A DNA stretch of 64,000 bases from ANME-2 cluster archaeon (GCA_019429385.1 JAHYIS010000004.1:7597-71596), one strand, 5' to 3'; shown: positions 1 to 9,433, counted from the first letter of the stretch. Notes: generated by a model not told the origin, from the sequence alone. Numbers and translations are program-made.

Positions 1-650
1 TCGATCATTCCATGCATTTCCATATCTACGAAGATACGTCCCAGTTTGCCGAGCCCTATTGAAAGCTTGAAATCATGGAACAGGCGTTGTTGTATCTCCT
101 GTGGTGTCTTCCATTCTTCACCTGTTATCCTGCCAATGAACCCTGACAGGTCTTCGAACATGGCCCAGGGATAGATGACCCAGCGCCATTTCACTATCCT
201 GTGTGCATAGTAGTCAGGCACATAGGATGAGCAGGTCTTGTGCTGCAGTACGGCCGTCCGAACTTCAGACGGCTGGCAGTCCATGATGTAATGAAGTGCT
301 TCCAGCAGCGTATCACCAGTATCGGTGACATCGTCCACCAGCAGTACCCGCATATTGGATATGTCAGTGGAAAGTCCGAACCGTATATGGGCCATGTCAT
401 CAATGGTAGCTGCTACGCCCCAGTGCTCCATCTTTATCGAGGTCAGATCGCGGAATAACAGGTAATCACATACCACCCGCGCAGGTACATATCCTCCTCT
501 GCCGATGGCTACAATAATCTCTGGTTTAAATTTGGAAATATGTACCATGCGCGCGAGGTCACGAGACATCCGTTCCACCTCACCCCAGGATATCAAATGG
601 CAGCGGAATTGGTTTTTTTTTGTATAATCTAACCCTGTAGAGTTCCCCAT
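1..650 (-). CDS. purine phosphoribosyltransferase (hypoxanthine/xanthine-guanine PRT-like); C-terminus runs off the window
   Basis: My own minus-strand translation from the ATG at 650-648 gives MGNSTGLDYTKKNQFRCHLISWGEVERMSRDLARMVHISKFKPEIIVAIGRGGYVPARVV... It contains the PRPP-binding loop VLLVDDVTDTGDTL. The frame stays open to position 1, which is why it is absent from the supplied ORF track. Confidence 0.8.
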   Translation of the reverse strand, partial: MGNSTGLDYTKKNQFRCHLISWGEVERMSRDLARMVHISKFKPEIIVAIGRGGYVPARVVCDYLLFRDLTSIKMEHWGVAATIDDMAHIRFGLSTDISNMRVLLVDDVTDTGDTLLEALHYIMDCQPSEVRTAVLQHKTCSSYVPDYYAHRIVKWRWVIYPWAMFEDLSGFIGRITGEEWKTPQEIQQRLFHDFKLSIGLGKLGRIFVDMEMHGMI

Positions 651-734
651 AATGAAGAAATATTGATAGTATTTAATTAACCTTTCCTAAATTGGCATAA
701 TTGAGGAAAACATTTTTATGTTACTACTTATAGT

Positions 735-1247
735 ATGACATTATGTCATCGGGTTAAACCGAACCTAGCGAGGATATTCTCGTTAGCTCAACCTGTTATG
801 TCTCGAATAAAAGATATCGACCTGAAAAAAAATATGAAATACCACTCGAGGATACAACATCTCACGAAGTTGTTCCTGAGCAAGAAAGCAGAACTTGCCA
901 CCCGTTACCAGGGGTATCAGGAACTGCTGGGGTTCATTGACCAATGCCAGTACTGGGGTATCACTGACCGCGGAGAGGAGAAAGCTCTGGATAAATGGAT
1001 TGATGTGCTCGAGCGCTGGCCCTTTGATGGTGGAGCACCCACTGGCCCGCTGCCGCACGTGCAAAGGCAGAGGACCATGACACGGGATGGATTTGTCTGT
1101 ACCATGTGCGGACGCCCTTCTGATGAAGTGCACCATAAAACATCGAGGTCAAAGGGAGGCAGGAACCAAGCTGTAAATCTTACTTCATTGTGTATGAAAT
1201 GTCACGACAAAGTGCATGGAGTAAGGTCTGGTTCAGATAGAAATTGA
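735..1247 (+). CDS. HNH endonuclease domain protein
   Basis: The C-terminus reads CTMCGRPSDEVHHKTSRSKGGRNQAVNLTSLCMKCHDKVH, i.e. Cys pairs flanking H-N-H residues. The N-terminal ~110 aa are unrecognised. The real start may be the in-frame ATG at 798 (MSRIKD...). Confidence 0.7.
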   Translation: MTLCHRVKPNLARIFSLAQPVMSRIKDIDLKKNMKYHSRIQHLTKLFLSKKAELATRYQGYQELLGFIDQCQYWGITDRGEEKALDKWIDVLERWPFDGGAPTGPLPHVQRQRTMTRDGFVCTMCGRPSDEVHHKTSRSKGGRNQAVNLTSLCMKCHDKVHGVRSGSDRN

Positions 1248-1272
1248 TATTAATGTTATCATTTTTCAGACT

Positions 1273-1560
1273 CTGCATACTCAATATACTTGGTGTCCCC
1301 AATAAAACCTGCATGCTCAACATACCTGGTGTCCCCAGTAAAGCCTGCATACTCAACATACCTGGTGTCCCCAGTAAAGCCTGCATACTCAACATACCTG
1401 GTGTCACCAGTAAAGCCTGCATACTCAACATACCTGGTGTCCCCAGTAAAGCCGGTATACTCAACATACCTGGTGTCCCCAGTAAAGCCGGTATACTCAA
1501 CATACCTGGTGTCCCCAGTAAAGCCGGTATACTCAACCTGCCTGGTGTCCCCTGAAAACT
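1273..1560. repeat. 8 x 36-bp head-to-tail tandem repeat, no spacers
   Basis: The unit is ctgcatactcaacatacctggtgtccccagtaaagc. Copies start at 1273, 1309, 1345, 1381, 1417, 1453, 1489 and 1525. Copies 1-5 begin ctgcat and copies 6-8 begin cggtat. The first and last copies are the most diverged. Confidence 0.95.
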
Positions 1561-1663
1561 CTTTGGTCACTAAATGATCATAACAGTTGATCATGGATGC
1601 GAATCATAAATTATTATATATAGTTTAAGTAAGATTATTGTCTTACAATAACCGGGTGCAATT

Positions 1664-2815
1664 ATGAAATGGTCTTTACAGATTGGAAAAGTTATCGGGA
1701 TTCCGATACGGCTGCATGTAACCTTTCTTTTTATACTTATATTATTCATCTATTATTTTGCTATAATTGATTTCCAGATAGGCACATTGGTACTGGGATT
1801 CAACGGCATGAACATATCATTGATGGAAAAACTGATTTTCAGTACTATTGCCTCTATCCTGTTCTTCTCCACTATCCTGTTGCATGAATTGAGCCATTCA
1901 TTCGTTGCCAAAAGAAGTGGCCTGAACATCCAGAGTATAACTCTCTTTGTGTTCGGGGGTGTGGCCCAGATGGAAGAGATACCCCGTAACCCAAAACTTG
2001 AATTGAAAATGGCTGCAGCAGGCCCTGCCCTGAGCCTGGCCATAGGCTTGATGACCTATGCATTGTATGTATATTTCGGCCCCGTTGAAGTTGATGGAAT
2101 TGGCATGACCGCCAAAAACGCAGTGCTGATAACTGCAGGGATCATCTCGGTGTATAATCTGGTCCTTGGTATATTCAACCTCTTGCCCGCTTTTCCTATG
2201 GACGGCGGCCGTGTGCTCAGGGCATTTCTGGCAATGTGGCTTCCGTACATGGATGCTACCCGAATGGCGGTCTCAATAGGCAAAACCTTTGCGCTTTTGA
2301 TGGGAATATTCGGTCTTCTCACAGTTAACATAATGCTCATATTGATAGCGGTATTTGTGTTCTATGGAGCACAGGGGGAAGAAAGAGAAACATTCTTTGC
2401 CATCAGTCTTGAAGGTATAAAAGTAAAAGATGTCATGACCCCGGTCCAGGATCTGATATTTGTCCCCCCTGGCTGGACCATATCCCAGCTTGTCGAAGCT
2501 ATGTTCAGGTTCAAACACATGGGATACCCGGTGCAGGATGGGCTGGACAGACCACCCCTGGGAATTGTGACATTTGAAGATGTGCAAAAAGTTCCCAAAC
2601 AGCAACATGATACTGTTCAGGTAAAGGATATCATGACTGGGAATATCATTTCAGTGACCCCTGAAACTGAAGCATACCAGGCACTTCAGACCATAGCAAA
2701 ACATAATATTGGCAGGCTTCTTGTCATCAAGGATGGCAGGCTTAATGGTATCATAACAATGAAAGATATAATGAGAAACATGCAGTTCAAGCACATGTAT
2801 CCTTCCCCTGAGTGA
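1664..2815 (+). CDS. site-2 protease (peptidase M50) with C-terminal CBS pair
   Basis: It has the HExxH motif LLHELSHSFVAKRSG, the second motif NLLPAFPMDGGRV, several TM segments and a CBS-like C-terminal half. Confidence 0.9.
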   Translation: MKWSLQIGKVIGIPIRLHVTFLFILILFIYYFAIIDFQIGTLVLGFNGMNISLMEKLIFSTIASILFFSTILLHELSHSFVAKRSGLNIQSITLFVFGGVAQMEEIPRNPKLELKMAAAGPALSLAIGLMTYALYVYFGPVEVDGIGMTAKNAVLITAGIISVYNLVLGIFNLLPAFPMDGGRVLRAFLAMWLPYMDATRMAVSIGKTFALLMGIFGLLTVNIMLILIAVFVFYGAQGEERETFFAISLEGIKVKDVMTPVQDLIFVPPGWTISQLVEAMFRFKHMGYPVQDGLDRPPLGIVTFEDVQKVPKQQHDTVQVKDIMTGNIISVTPETEAYQALQTIAKHNIGRLLVIKDGRLNGIITMKDIMRNMQFKHMYPSPE

Positions 2816-2834
2816 ACAAATGTGGTGATGCAGG

Positions 2835-3248
2835 ATGGAAGACTGTATATTTTGCAAAATAGTCAAAGGTGATATCCCGAGCGTTACTGTTTACCAGGAC
2901 AACGATACTCTGGCATTTCTGGATATTAACCCGAATACCCGAGGGCACACACTGGTAATCCCAAAAAAACATGCTGATAACATAACGGACATGGAGGATA
3001 AGGATATAGCGTCAGTGTTCAGAACTGTTCGCAAAGTGGTCAGTGGTTTACAGGCGGCGATCGATCCTGACGGATTCAACCTGGTGGTCAATCACGGTGA
3101 AGTGGCAGGGCAGGTCATACATCACTTCCATTGCCACGTTGTACCACGAAATATCGGGGATGGTGTCGAATACACATTCGAGGGGTCAACACTTCATCCA
3201 CAAGAGTTTAAGGAACTTGCTGTACAAGTGGCTGAGAACATACATTAA
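2835..3248 (+). CDS. HIT (histidine triad) family hydrolase
   Basis: It has the N-terminal CIFCKI and the triad HHFHCHVVP. Its 137 aa is typical for the family. Confidence 0.9.
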   Translation: MEDCIFCKIVKGDIPSVTVYQDNDTLAFLDINPNTRGHTLVIPKKHADNITDMEDKDIASVFRTVRKVVSGLQAAIDPDGFNLVVNHGEVAGQVIHHFHCHVVPRNIGDGVEYTFEGSTLHPQEFKELAVQVAENIH

Positions 3249-3284
3249 AACCTGTATCAAAAACGTGCTCTATTCTGAATGTCC

Positions 3285-3293
3285 TTTTTTTTT
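3285..3293 (+). terminator. oligo-T tract (9 T) downstream of the HIT gene
   Basis: The tract cctttttttttag lies 37 nt after the stop. Archaeal termination typically uses T-runs. Confidence 0.45.
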
Positions 3294-3461
3294 AGTTTTA
3301 GATGTATAATTGCCTATTTGTATAATTGTAATGGTAAATTCAGACAATTGGGCCACTATTTGTGCATATACGGAAACAATTAAATATGCGTTTTTCATTC
3401 CAAATAATTGTAATTATTATTCACCAATTTGGCAACGAATAATTATTGAAAGAAAAGTGAT

Positions 3462-3689
3462 ATGACAATGAATATCCAGTTCCTCGATACTATGGGAAAA
3501 ACCTGCCCTATCCCGCTATTCCTGACAAATTCAAAGTTACAGCAGATGTCTCGCGGTGAAAGACTGGAAGTGGTTTCGGATTGTGCTTCCCTGCTGCCTG
3601 ACCTTATGTCCATATTCCATAAACGATGCAGGGTATTGAACTGGGCAAATGAGAACACTATTTTCAGGATAACTCTCCAGAAGACCTAG
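3462..3689 (+). CDS. TusA/SirA-like sulfur-carrier protein
   Basis: It is 75 aa with the GKTCPIPL (CPxP) active-site motif near the N-terminus. Its length and pattern resemble TusA. It overlaps tgt tail-to-tail by 4 bp. Confidence 0.65.
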   Translation: MTMNIQFLDTMGKTCPIPLFLTNSKLQQMSRGERLEVVSDCASLLPDLMSIFHKRCRVLNWANENTIFRITLQKT

Positions 3690-4801
3690 GTTCTATTGGC
3701 CTGACCTGAATATTCGCGCTTGAACTGTTCCCTGAACTCATGGAACCTATCCTCTAAGATGGAATTCCGTGCCTCTCCCATCAACTCTTGCAGGAAGTGG
3801 ACATTGTGTATGGATGCCAGGCGCAGGGCCAGGAGTTCCGATTCCTTGAAAAGGTGGTACAGGTATGCCCTGGAAAAGTGTTGACAGGTGTGGCACTTAC
3901 AATCTTCATCAATAGGCCTGAAGTCCCTTGCATGGGATGAACGGCGCACGTCCATCTGACCGTACCTGGTCATTACAGTCTGGTGCCTTGCATTGCGGGT
4001 GGGGAATGCGCTGTCAAAGATATCGACCCCCAGTGATATCGATTCCAGCAGTTCAACTGGCGATCCCACACCCATAAGGTATCTGGGCTTATCAGGTGGT
4101 ATCTGGGTCAGGTTCAACCTGATAATCTCATGCATAACCTCTTTGGGCTCACCGATGCTCAAACCCCCGATACCATAACCGTCAAAACCCATTTCGACCA
4201 GTTTTCGGGCGCAGGTTTCCCGCATCTCAGGGTATGTCCCTCCCTGCAAAATAGCAAAGACCAGCTGGTTGTCATTACAACGCGCCTCAAGACTGCGCTG
4301 CCCCCAGTTCAATGTCCGGCATACCGATTCCCTTACCTCGTCACGGGTACTGCCCCAGGGCGGGCAGTCATCCAGTACCATTGCCACGTCAGAACCCAGT
4401 GCACCCTGTATCTCCATACACATTTCAGGCGTGTACATATACCGCTTACCATCCCTGGAATTGAAGTAACTGATACCCTGGTTGTTCAGTTTGAACCTGA
4501 ACTCCTTGCGCAATATCTGGAATCCGCCACTGTCCGTGAAAATAGCTCCATCCCAATCCATGAACGTATGCAGCCCCCCTGCCTCATGTATCAAATCATG
4601 GCCCGGGCTCAGGTACAGGTGGAAAGCATTACTGATGATGGCCTGGGTTCCCATTTCCCGTATTTCCTGGGATGTAAGCGATTTGACCGTAGCCTTGGTC
4701 GCCACTGGCATAAATGCAGGTGTATCCACGACCTGGTGATGCGTGATCAGTTTTCCTACCCTGGCATGAGATGAATGTTCCTGATGGACTATTTCAAACA
4801 T
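3686..4801 (-). CDS. tgt: queuine-type (bacterial-like) tRNA-guanine transglycosylase
   Basis: It is 371 aa. The N-terminus (ARVGKLITHHQVVDTPAFMPVATKATVK) parallels bacterial Tgt. It has DSGGFQ, GIGGLSIGEP and the zinc site CKCHTC...H. There is no C-terminal PUA extension of the kind seen in archaeosine TGT. Confidence 0.85.
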   Translation of the reverse strand: MFEIVHQEHSSHARVGKLITHHQVVDTPAFMPVATKATVKSLTSQEIREMGTQAIISNAFHLYLSPGHDLIHEAGGLHTFMDWDGAIFTDSGGFQILRKEFRFKLNNQGISYFNSRDGKRYMYTPEMCMEIQGALGSDVAMVLDDCPPWGSTRDEVRESVCRTLNWGQRSLEARCNDNQLVFAILQGGTYPEMRETCARKLVEMGFDGYGIGGLSIGEPKEVMHEIIRLNLTQIPPDKPRYLMGVGSPVELLESISLGVDIFDSAFPTRNARHQTVMTRYGQMDVRRSSHARDFRPIDEDCKCHTCQHFSRAYLYHLFKESELLALRLASIHNVHFLQELMGEARNSILEDRFHEFREQFKREYSGQANRT

Positions 4802-4803
4802 GC

Positions 4804-5916
4804 TCAGCCCCCCCTGTTGTCCCCTGCCATTTTTGTATTGTCTGCCCTCATGTTTCTCACGGTATCATCTATCAACCCTTTATCCCCTGATTTCTTATTG
4901 TCCAGTATGAACATTGCATCTCCAAAACTGTAGAACCTGTATCCATTATCTATGGCCACTTTATATGCTGCCAGCACCGCGTCCTTCCCGGCATAAGCAC
5001 TGATAAGCATTAACAGTGTGGATTTGGGAAGATGGAAATTGGTGATAATCCCGCTCATAGGTGTCCTGAACTGGTATGGCGGGTGAATGAATATCTCGCT
5101 CCAGCCCCGTGACGGTACTATCCTGCCATCCAGCCATTGTGCACTTTCCAGCGCCCTGACCGTAGTCGTGCCAACCACGATTATTCTGCCGTCAATTTCA
5201 ATTGTATCATTAATTGCACGTGTCGTATCCTCGTCAATGATAAAGTATTCACTCTCCATAGTATGCTCTTCAACATCTTCGGCACGGACTGGCATGAACG
5301 TGCCCACCCCTACATGGAGTGTCACAAATGCCAGTTTTACGCCCATCCGTTCAATCGTATCAATCAATTGCGGTGTAAAATGCAGTCCGGCAGTTGGCGC
5401 TGCAATGGAGCCTTCGCACCTGGAATATATGGTCTGGTATCGCTCCCCGTCTTCCAGTTCTTCTTTAATGTATGGCGGCACTGGCATGACCCCCACTTCG
5501 AGCAAGCAGGTCATAAAGTCCCCCTCGCATTGAAACCTGATATGGTATCGGTATCCTGTAGGGGAGTCCACACGGCCCTCCAATGTTCCTGATATGTTCG
5601 TGAAATTGATTTTAGCACCCACGTTGACCTTACCCCTGACCAGGCATTCATAATACTTATCGTCCAACCGCTTAACAAGCAGCACTTCGAGCCTGCCTCC
5701 GGTCTCTTTTATGCCGAACAGCCTGGCAGGTATCACCCTGCTGTTGTTCAATACCAGCAGGTCACCGGGGCGAAGGAACCGGGGCAGGTCAAGAAAAGCG
5801 TGGTGATGCCATTCGTTTCTATCCAGCACCATCAACTTTGAAGAATCCCTGGGGTCGGCGGGTTTCTGGGCGATCATGTCCTGGGGCAGGTGGTAATCAA
5901 AATCCGATAGTCTCAT
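4804..5916 (-). CDS. queA: S-adenosylmethionine:tRNA ribosyltransferase-isomerase
   Basis: The N-terminus MRLSDFDYHLPQDMIAQKPADPRDSSKLMVL and the internal PPYI...YQTIY...GSIAAPTAGLHFT are characteristic of QueA. It lies 2 nt upstream of tgt on the same strand. Confidence 0.85.
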   Translation of the reverse strand: MRLSDFDYHLPQDMIAQKPADPRDSSKLMVLDRNEWHHHAFLDLPRFLRPGDLLVLNNSRVIPARLFGIKETGGRLEVLLVKRLDDKYYECLVRGKVNVGAKINFTNISGTLEGRVDSPTGYRYHIRFQCEGDFMTCLLEVGVMPVPPYIKEELEDGERYQTIYSRCEGSIAAPTAGLHFTPQLIDTIERMGVKLAFVTLHVGVGTFMPVRAEDVEEHTMESEYFIIDEDTTRAINDTIEIDGRIIVVGTTTVRALESAQWLDGRIVPSRGWSEIFIHPPYQFRTPMSGIITNFHLPKSTLLMLISAYAGKDAVLAAYKVAIDNGYRFYSFGDAMFILDNKKSGDKGLIDDTVRNMRADNTKMAGDNRGG

Positions 5917-6056
5917 ATCGGTTCCCCTTAAGACTTATATGATTAAATCTTTATGTTCGGTGTGTACTACCCTTAAAACCGGTTACCCTTCATAAGATGC
6001 TCATGCAAAATTAAATCAGATTTTTTAAAAAAAGAAAAGAAAAGCAGGCATTATGC

Positions 6057-6635
6057 CTACTTCTCCATATACATAGATACTGATTTGAATTTAATCAGTT
6101 CGCTAAAATCACTGGTCCCAAGATCCTCGTCATTTATGGATGCGGTGACTGTAGCTTCTCTGTACATTGAATTATCGCTGTACTTCGACATGAAGTCATC
6201 GTACTTGGAAATAGACTTTGAGCTGCTCTTCATGACATCACCTTCACCTGTCCATTGGGCAGCGAGGGTTATGGTTTCCACAGTATCCGTATTCCAATCA
6301 TAGAGCTCGATGTTAACAGGAGAAAGAATAGCTGACCCCAGTTTTTTATCCATAGTAAAAACATCATCCCGGGTGAACATATAACCTGACCTGCCAGACC
6401 ATTCACCGGTCTTTTCGTCATATGTCCAGATATAAACAGAGATATCGGTTCCATCATCAGTCTCTAGTACCTGAATGAATTTATCCGTATATACGCCATT
6501 GGCATATTCAGACCAACTTGCATAAGCAGCCATCCCATCGTCTCGATAGATTACTTTAGATTCGAATGCCTCAGCACTTATGGTCAGCGAAAGCAAAACC
6601 ATAAACACCAACACACCTGCAAACACTTTCTTCAT
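6057..6635 (-). CDS. secreted hypothetical protein
   Basis: It has a signal-like N-terminus MKKVFAGVLVFMVLLSLTISAEA. No domain was recognised. Confidence 0.55.
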   Translation of the reverse strand: MKKVFAGVLVFMVLLSLTISAEAFESKVIYRDDGMAAYASWSEYANGVYTDKFIQVLETDDGTDISVYIWTYDEKTGEWSGRSGYMFTRDDVFTMDKKLGSAILSPVNIELYDWNTDTVETITLAAQWTGEGDVMKSSSKSISKYDDFMSKYSDNSMYREATVTASINDEDLGTSDFSELIKFKSVSMYMEK

Positions 6636-6845
6636 ATTTTATCCTCCTTGTCTACTATACCCCTCATCGAAAGTGTGATACATAATTTCTAAGCATTCTG
6701 TTTATTGTTCGAATTCCTTTATCCTCATCACTGAGGAGAATAAAGATAGTCAAATAATAACTATGCCGACTGAAAGGATTATCAATGTTTTTCATTTCTA
6801 ACCCTCCCCTCTCCGTCACACACACCGGGTATATGAAATATCACT

Positions 6846-7715
6846 ATGAGAAATCAAATTATAGAGAACAAGGTTGCCAGTCTTATCCCGATACCACTGG
6901 TCAAATGGCTGGTTAGAAGAAGCCTGGGGGTACCTCCTCTGGGTACTTTCAGGGGTATATTGGAAAAATATCCAAGAATACTGGGAATAAGCGGGTTAAC
7001 TCTTGAAGAATATGTCAAAGCTATCAATACCCATAAAGATATATTTGGATACCAGATCACACAGCAAACTGAAATAAGTCAGGACAATAAAAATATCCGC
7101 ATCTCGTTCGAGACAGAAGACCCTGAACACTTAAAAGGAATTGTTGTCAGTTATTCATGCCTGCTGGCCCATCATCCCCTTAATTTGAAGACAAAAAAGG
7201 TTATGGAATCCCCTGGTCTTATCATAATAGACTATGAACAATGCAACAGCGAAGAAGAAGCATACAGTTCGGTCATGGAACACTTTGGATATTACCAGTT
7301 ATTGATGGATGAGCTATTAAATAATATCGAATTCTGGAGGATAATCGTAAATATCCTGAAAGCTGACAATTATCAGGATATTATTATCAGCAGGGATATC
7401 TTCCTTCAACTCATTAAATCAAATGATTTTTCTGATGACCTTTGCAGCCTCATAACTATGATATATGGCGTATCGATTGAAGATGAAGATTGCATTAATG
7501 TCGCAAAATACATCTCAGAGATATGTGAGACGAACGGGCTGATCATGAGGATTGAAAATATTGATAATGAAATTAAAATATATCACCGATTCAATGAAAT
7601 GAACATTATCAATCTGGTCAATGACACGATAATCAGGACCCTGGAAATCTCGGGCAACCACTTCATGATCAAAAAAAGTGGAAAGGTTACCATGTTAAGC
7701 AGGAAAACAAAATAA
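6846..7715 (+). CDS. hypothetical protein (AT-rich gene, no recognisable domain)
   Basis: It is a 289-aa ORF ending 1 nt before the HgdB-like gene, so it is probably the first gene of that operon. Confidence 0.5.
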   Translation: MRNQIIENKVASLIPIPLVKWLVRRSLGVPPLGTFRGILEKYPRILGISGLTLEEYVKAINTHKDIFGYQITQQTEISQDNKNIRISFETEDPEHLKGIVVSYSCLLAHHPLNLKTKKVMESPGLIIIDYEQCNSEEEAYSSVMEHFGYYQLLMDELLNNIEFWRIIVNILKADNYQDIIISRDIFLQLIKSNDFSDDLCSLITMIYGVSIEDEDCINVAKYISEICETNGLIMRIENIDNEIKIYHRFNEMNIINLVNDTIIRTLEISGNHFMIKKSGKVTMLSRKTK

Positions 7716-7716
7716 C

Positions 7717-8721
7717 TTGAAAATGGTATCGTACCTGTTGGGGGTAAGAGATAATATAGAACAAACCTATTCTCAGCCAATGAACGATACCGTCGGAATA
7801 ACAGCCCTGATACCCCCTGAACTCATGTATGCGTGCGGTAAGAGGCCACTTGATGTGAACAACATAGTGCCAGGAACAACATCGAGCCCTCGCAATAAAC
7901 TGTGCGCCTGGACCGCTATCTGGAGAGATATGATACTGAACGGCAAACTGGATATCGATTCTTTGGTCGTGGTTGCCGGAGGTGACTGCCATAACGCGCT
8001 GGTGGACGGGCAAAAAGCAGAATTAAGCGGCATGCCCACACATTATTTTTTTTATCCCTTTGACAGGGATGCAGATTACCTGAGGTCACAGCTTGAGAAA
8101 CTGGTCCGGTTCCTTGGCGGTATACAGGACGAGAAGATGTTTTCCCTTATCAGCAACCTGAAGTCAAAAGGCAGGGAACTGGACGAACTGAGAGTGAACA
8201 ACCATGCACTGGCAAGTGATGTGTTCTCTGTCCTGATATCGTTCAGTGACCTGGCAGGAGACCCGAAGGCATTTGAAAAAACGCTGGACAGTGTACCCGA
8301 AACAGATGTGCACTATTCCAGCCGGGTTGCACTCATTGGCGTGCCTCCAATATATCCTGATTTCCATATGGTTGCTGAGGGTTTCGGGCTCCATGTGGTG
8401 TACGATGAACTTCCTTTCGAGTTCCTGCGCCTGGGCGGCTATGACCTTGATTCCCTTGCCAGCAGTTACAGGAATTATTCTTTTGCAGGCCCCCTTAAGG
8501 ACAGAGTAAGGCTCATACAGGAAGAACTGCGCCGCCGCCACGTGGATGGCGTAATACACTATACCCAGTTTGCCTGCCACCATACCCTCGAAGATGAGAT
8601 ATTCAGGGAGCATCTCGACTATCCAATTCTCACCGTGCAGGGTGACCTGCCACGCATGTCCCCGGAACAGCTCAAGCTCAGGCTGGAAGCTTTTGCTGAG
8701 ATGCTGGAGGTGATAACGTGA
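7717..8721 (+). CDS. 2-hydroxyacyl-CoA dehydratase D-component (HgdB/BcrC-like) family protein
   Basis: The overall pattern and length match the HGD-D family. This was recognised by eye and not searched. The ORF starts at TTG 7717, with an alternative ATG at 7723. It overlaps the downstream activase gene by 4 bp. Confidence 0.7.
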   Translation: MKMVSYLLGVRDNIEQTYSQPMNDTVGITALIPPELMYACGKRPLDVNNIVPGTTSSPRNKLCAWTAIWRDMILNGKLDIDSLVVVAGGDCHNALVDGQKAELSGMPTHYFFYPFDRDADYLRSQLEKLVRFLGGIQDEKMFSLISNLKSKGRELDELRVNNHALASDVFSVLISFSDLAGDPKAFEKTLDSVPETDVHYSSRVALIGVPPIYPDFHMVAEGFGLHVVYDELPFEFLRLGGYDLDSLASSYRNYSFAGPLKDRVRLIQEELRRRHVDGVIHYTQFACHHTLEDEIFREHLDYPILTVQGDLPRMSPEQLKLRLEAFAEMLEVIT

Positions 8722-9431
8722 ATATCGGGCTTGATGTGGGCAGTACCACGGCCAAGGTTGTGCATATGGAGAATGGAGAAGTTATTTTTTCTCAGGTAGT
8801 GCCGAGCCAGAGATGGATGGAATTAATTGATGAGGGACAGGATGAGCGGAACATCGTATCTACCGGCTATTTCAGGAAAAAAGTGCCCCATTGCGCTGCA
8901 ATAACCGAGATTACAACAGCATCACTGGGTGCCAGGTACTACGACCCCAAGATCCAGGTCATTATTGACATAGGTGGCCAGGATACCAAAGTCATTGACC
9001 TGCGCAATAATACCTTTTTGATAAATGATAAGTGCAGTGCAGGGACAGGAGCATTTTTAGAGCTGGCAGCACACTATTTTGACATTCCTGTAGGATCCCT
9101 GGGTGAACTGCATAGCAGGGTAACAAAAGGAGCAATGATAAACAACACCTGTGGTGTGTTCGCCATATCTGAGATGATATCCCAGCTGGTTGGAGGATAT
9201 AGCATGGAAGAAGTGATATACGGATTGCACCAGGCTTTTGCACTTCGCATCGCACAGTTAGTGCCACCTGCTGATACCGTGATGCTTATCGGTGGTACGG
9301 TGCAAAATTCCGGTATTGTTGATGCAATAACCAATGTGCTGGATTCAAAAATAACAGTACCGGGCGCACCTCAGCTGGTCAATGCCCTGGGTGCGGCCCT
9401 TTACAGGGAAAGATTAGATGATGTCAGGTAA
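8718..9431 (+). CDS. BadF/BcrA/HgdC-type ATPase, CoA-enzyme activase
   Basis: It has the ASKHA motifs MNIGLDVGSTTAKVV and DIGGQDTKVI. It also has the cluster-ligand context NDKCSAGTGAFLE, as in HgdC. Confidence 0.85.
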   Translation: MNIGLDVGSTTAKVVHMENGEVIFSQVVPSQRWMELIDEGQDERNIVSTGYFRKKVPHCAAITEITTASLGARYYDPKIQVIIDIGGQDTKVIDLRNNTFLINDKCSAGTGAFLELAAHYFDIPVGSLGELHSRVTKGAMINNTCGVFAISEMISQLVGGYSMEEVIYGLHQAFALRIAQLVPPADTVMLIGGTVQNSGIVDAITNVLDSKITVPGAPQLVNALGAALYRERLDDVR

Positions 9432-9433
9432 GT

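Noticed and set aside
1273-1560. Whether the 36-bp repeat array is a CRISPR array.
   Set aside because: The units abut head-to-tail with no unique spacers, the repeat is not palindromic, and no cas genes are present in the window.
1180-1594. Four overlapping ORFs from the track (1180-1536, 1244-1555, 1259-1594, 1290-1577) that translate the 36-bp array.
   Set aside because: They exist only because a stop-free 36-mer is iterated. Four mutually exclusive frames cannot all be real, and none has a signal peptide, an RBS or non-repeat flanking domains. I kept the idea only as a caveat in the finding.
4130-4774. A 214-aa plus-strand ORF.
   Set aside because: It is antisense to tgt and has no recognisable features.
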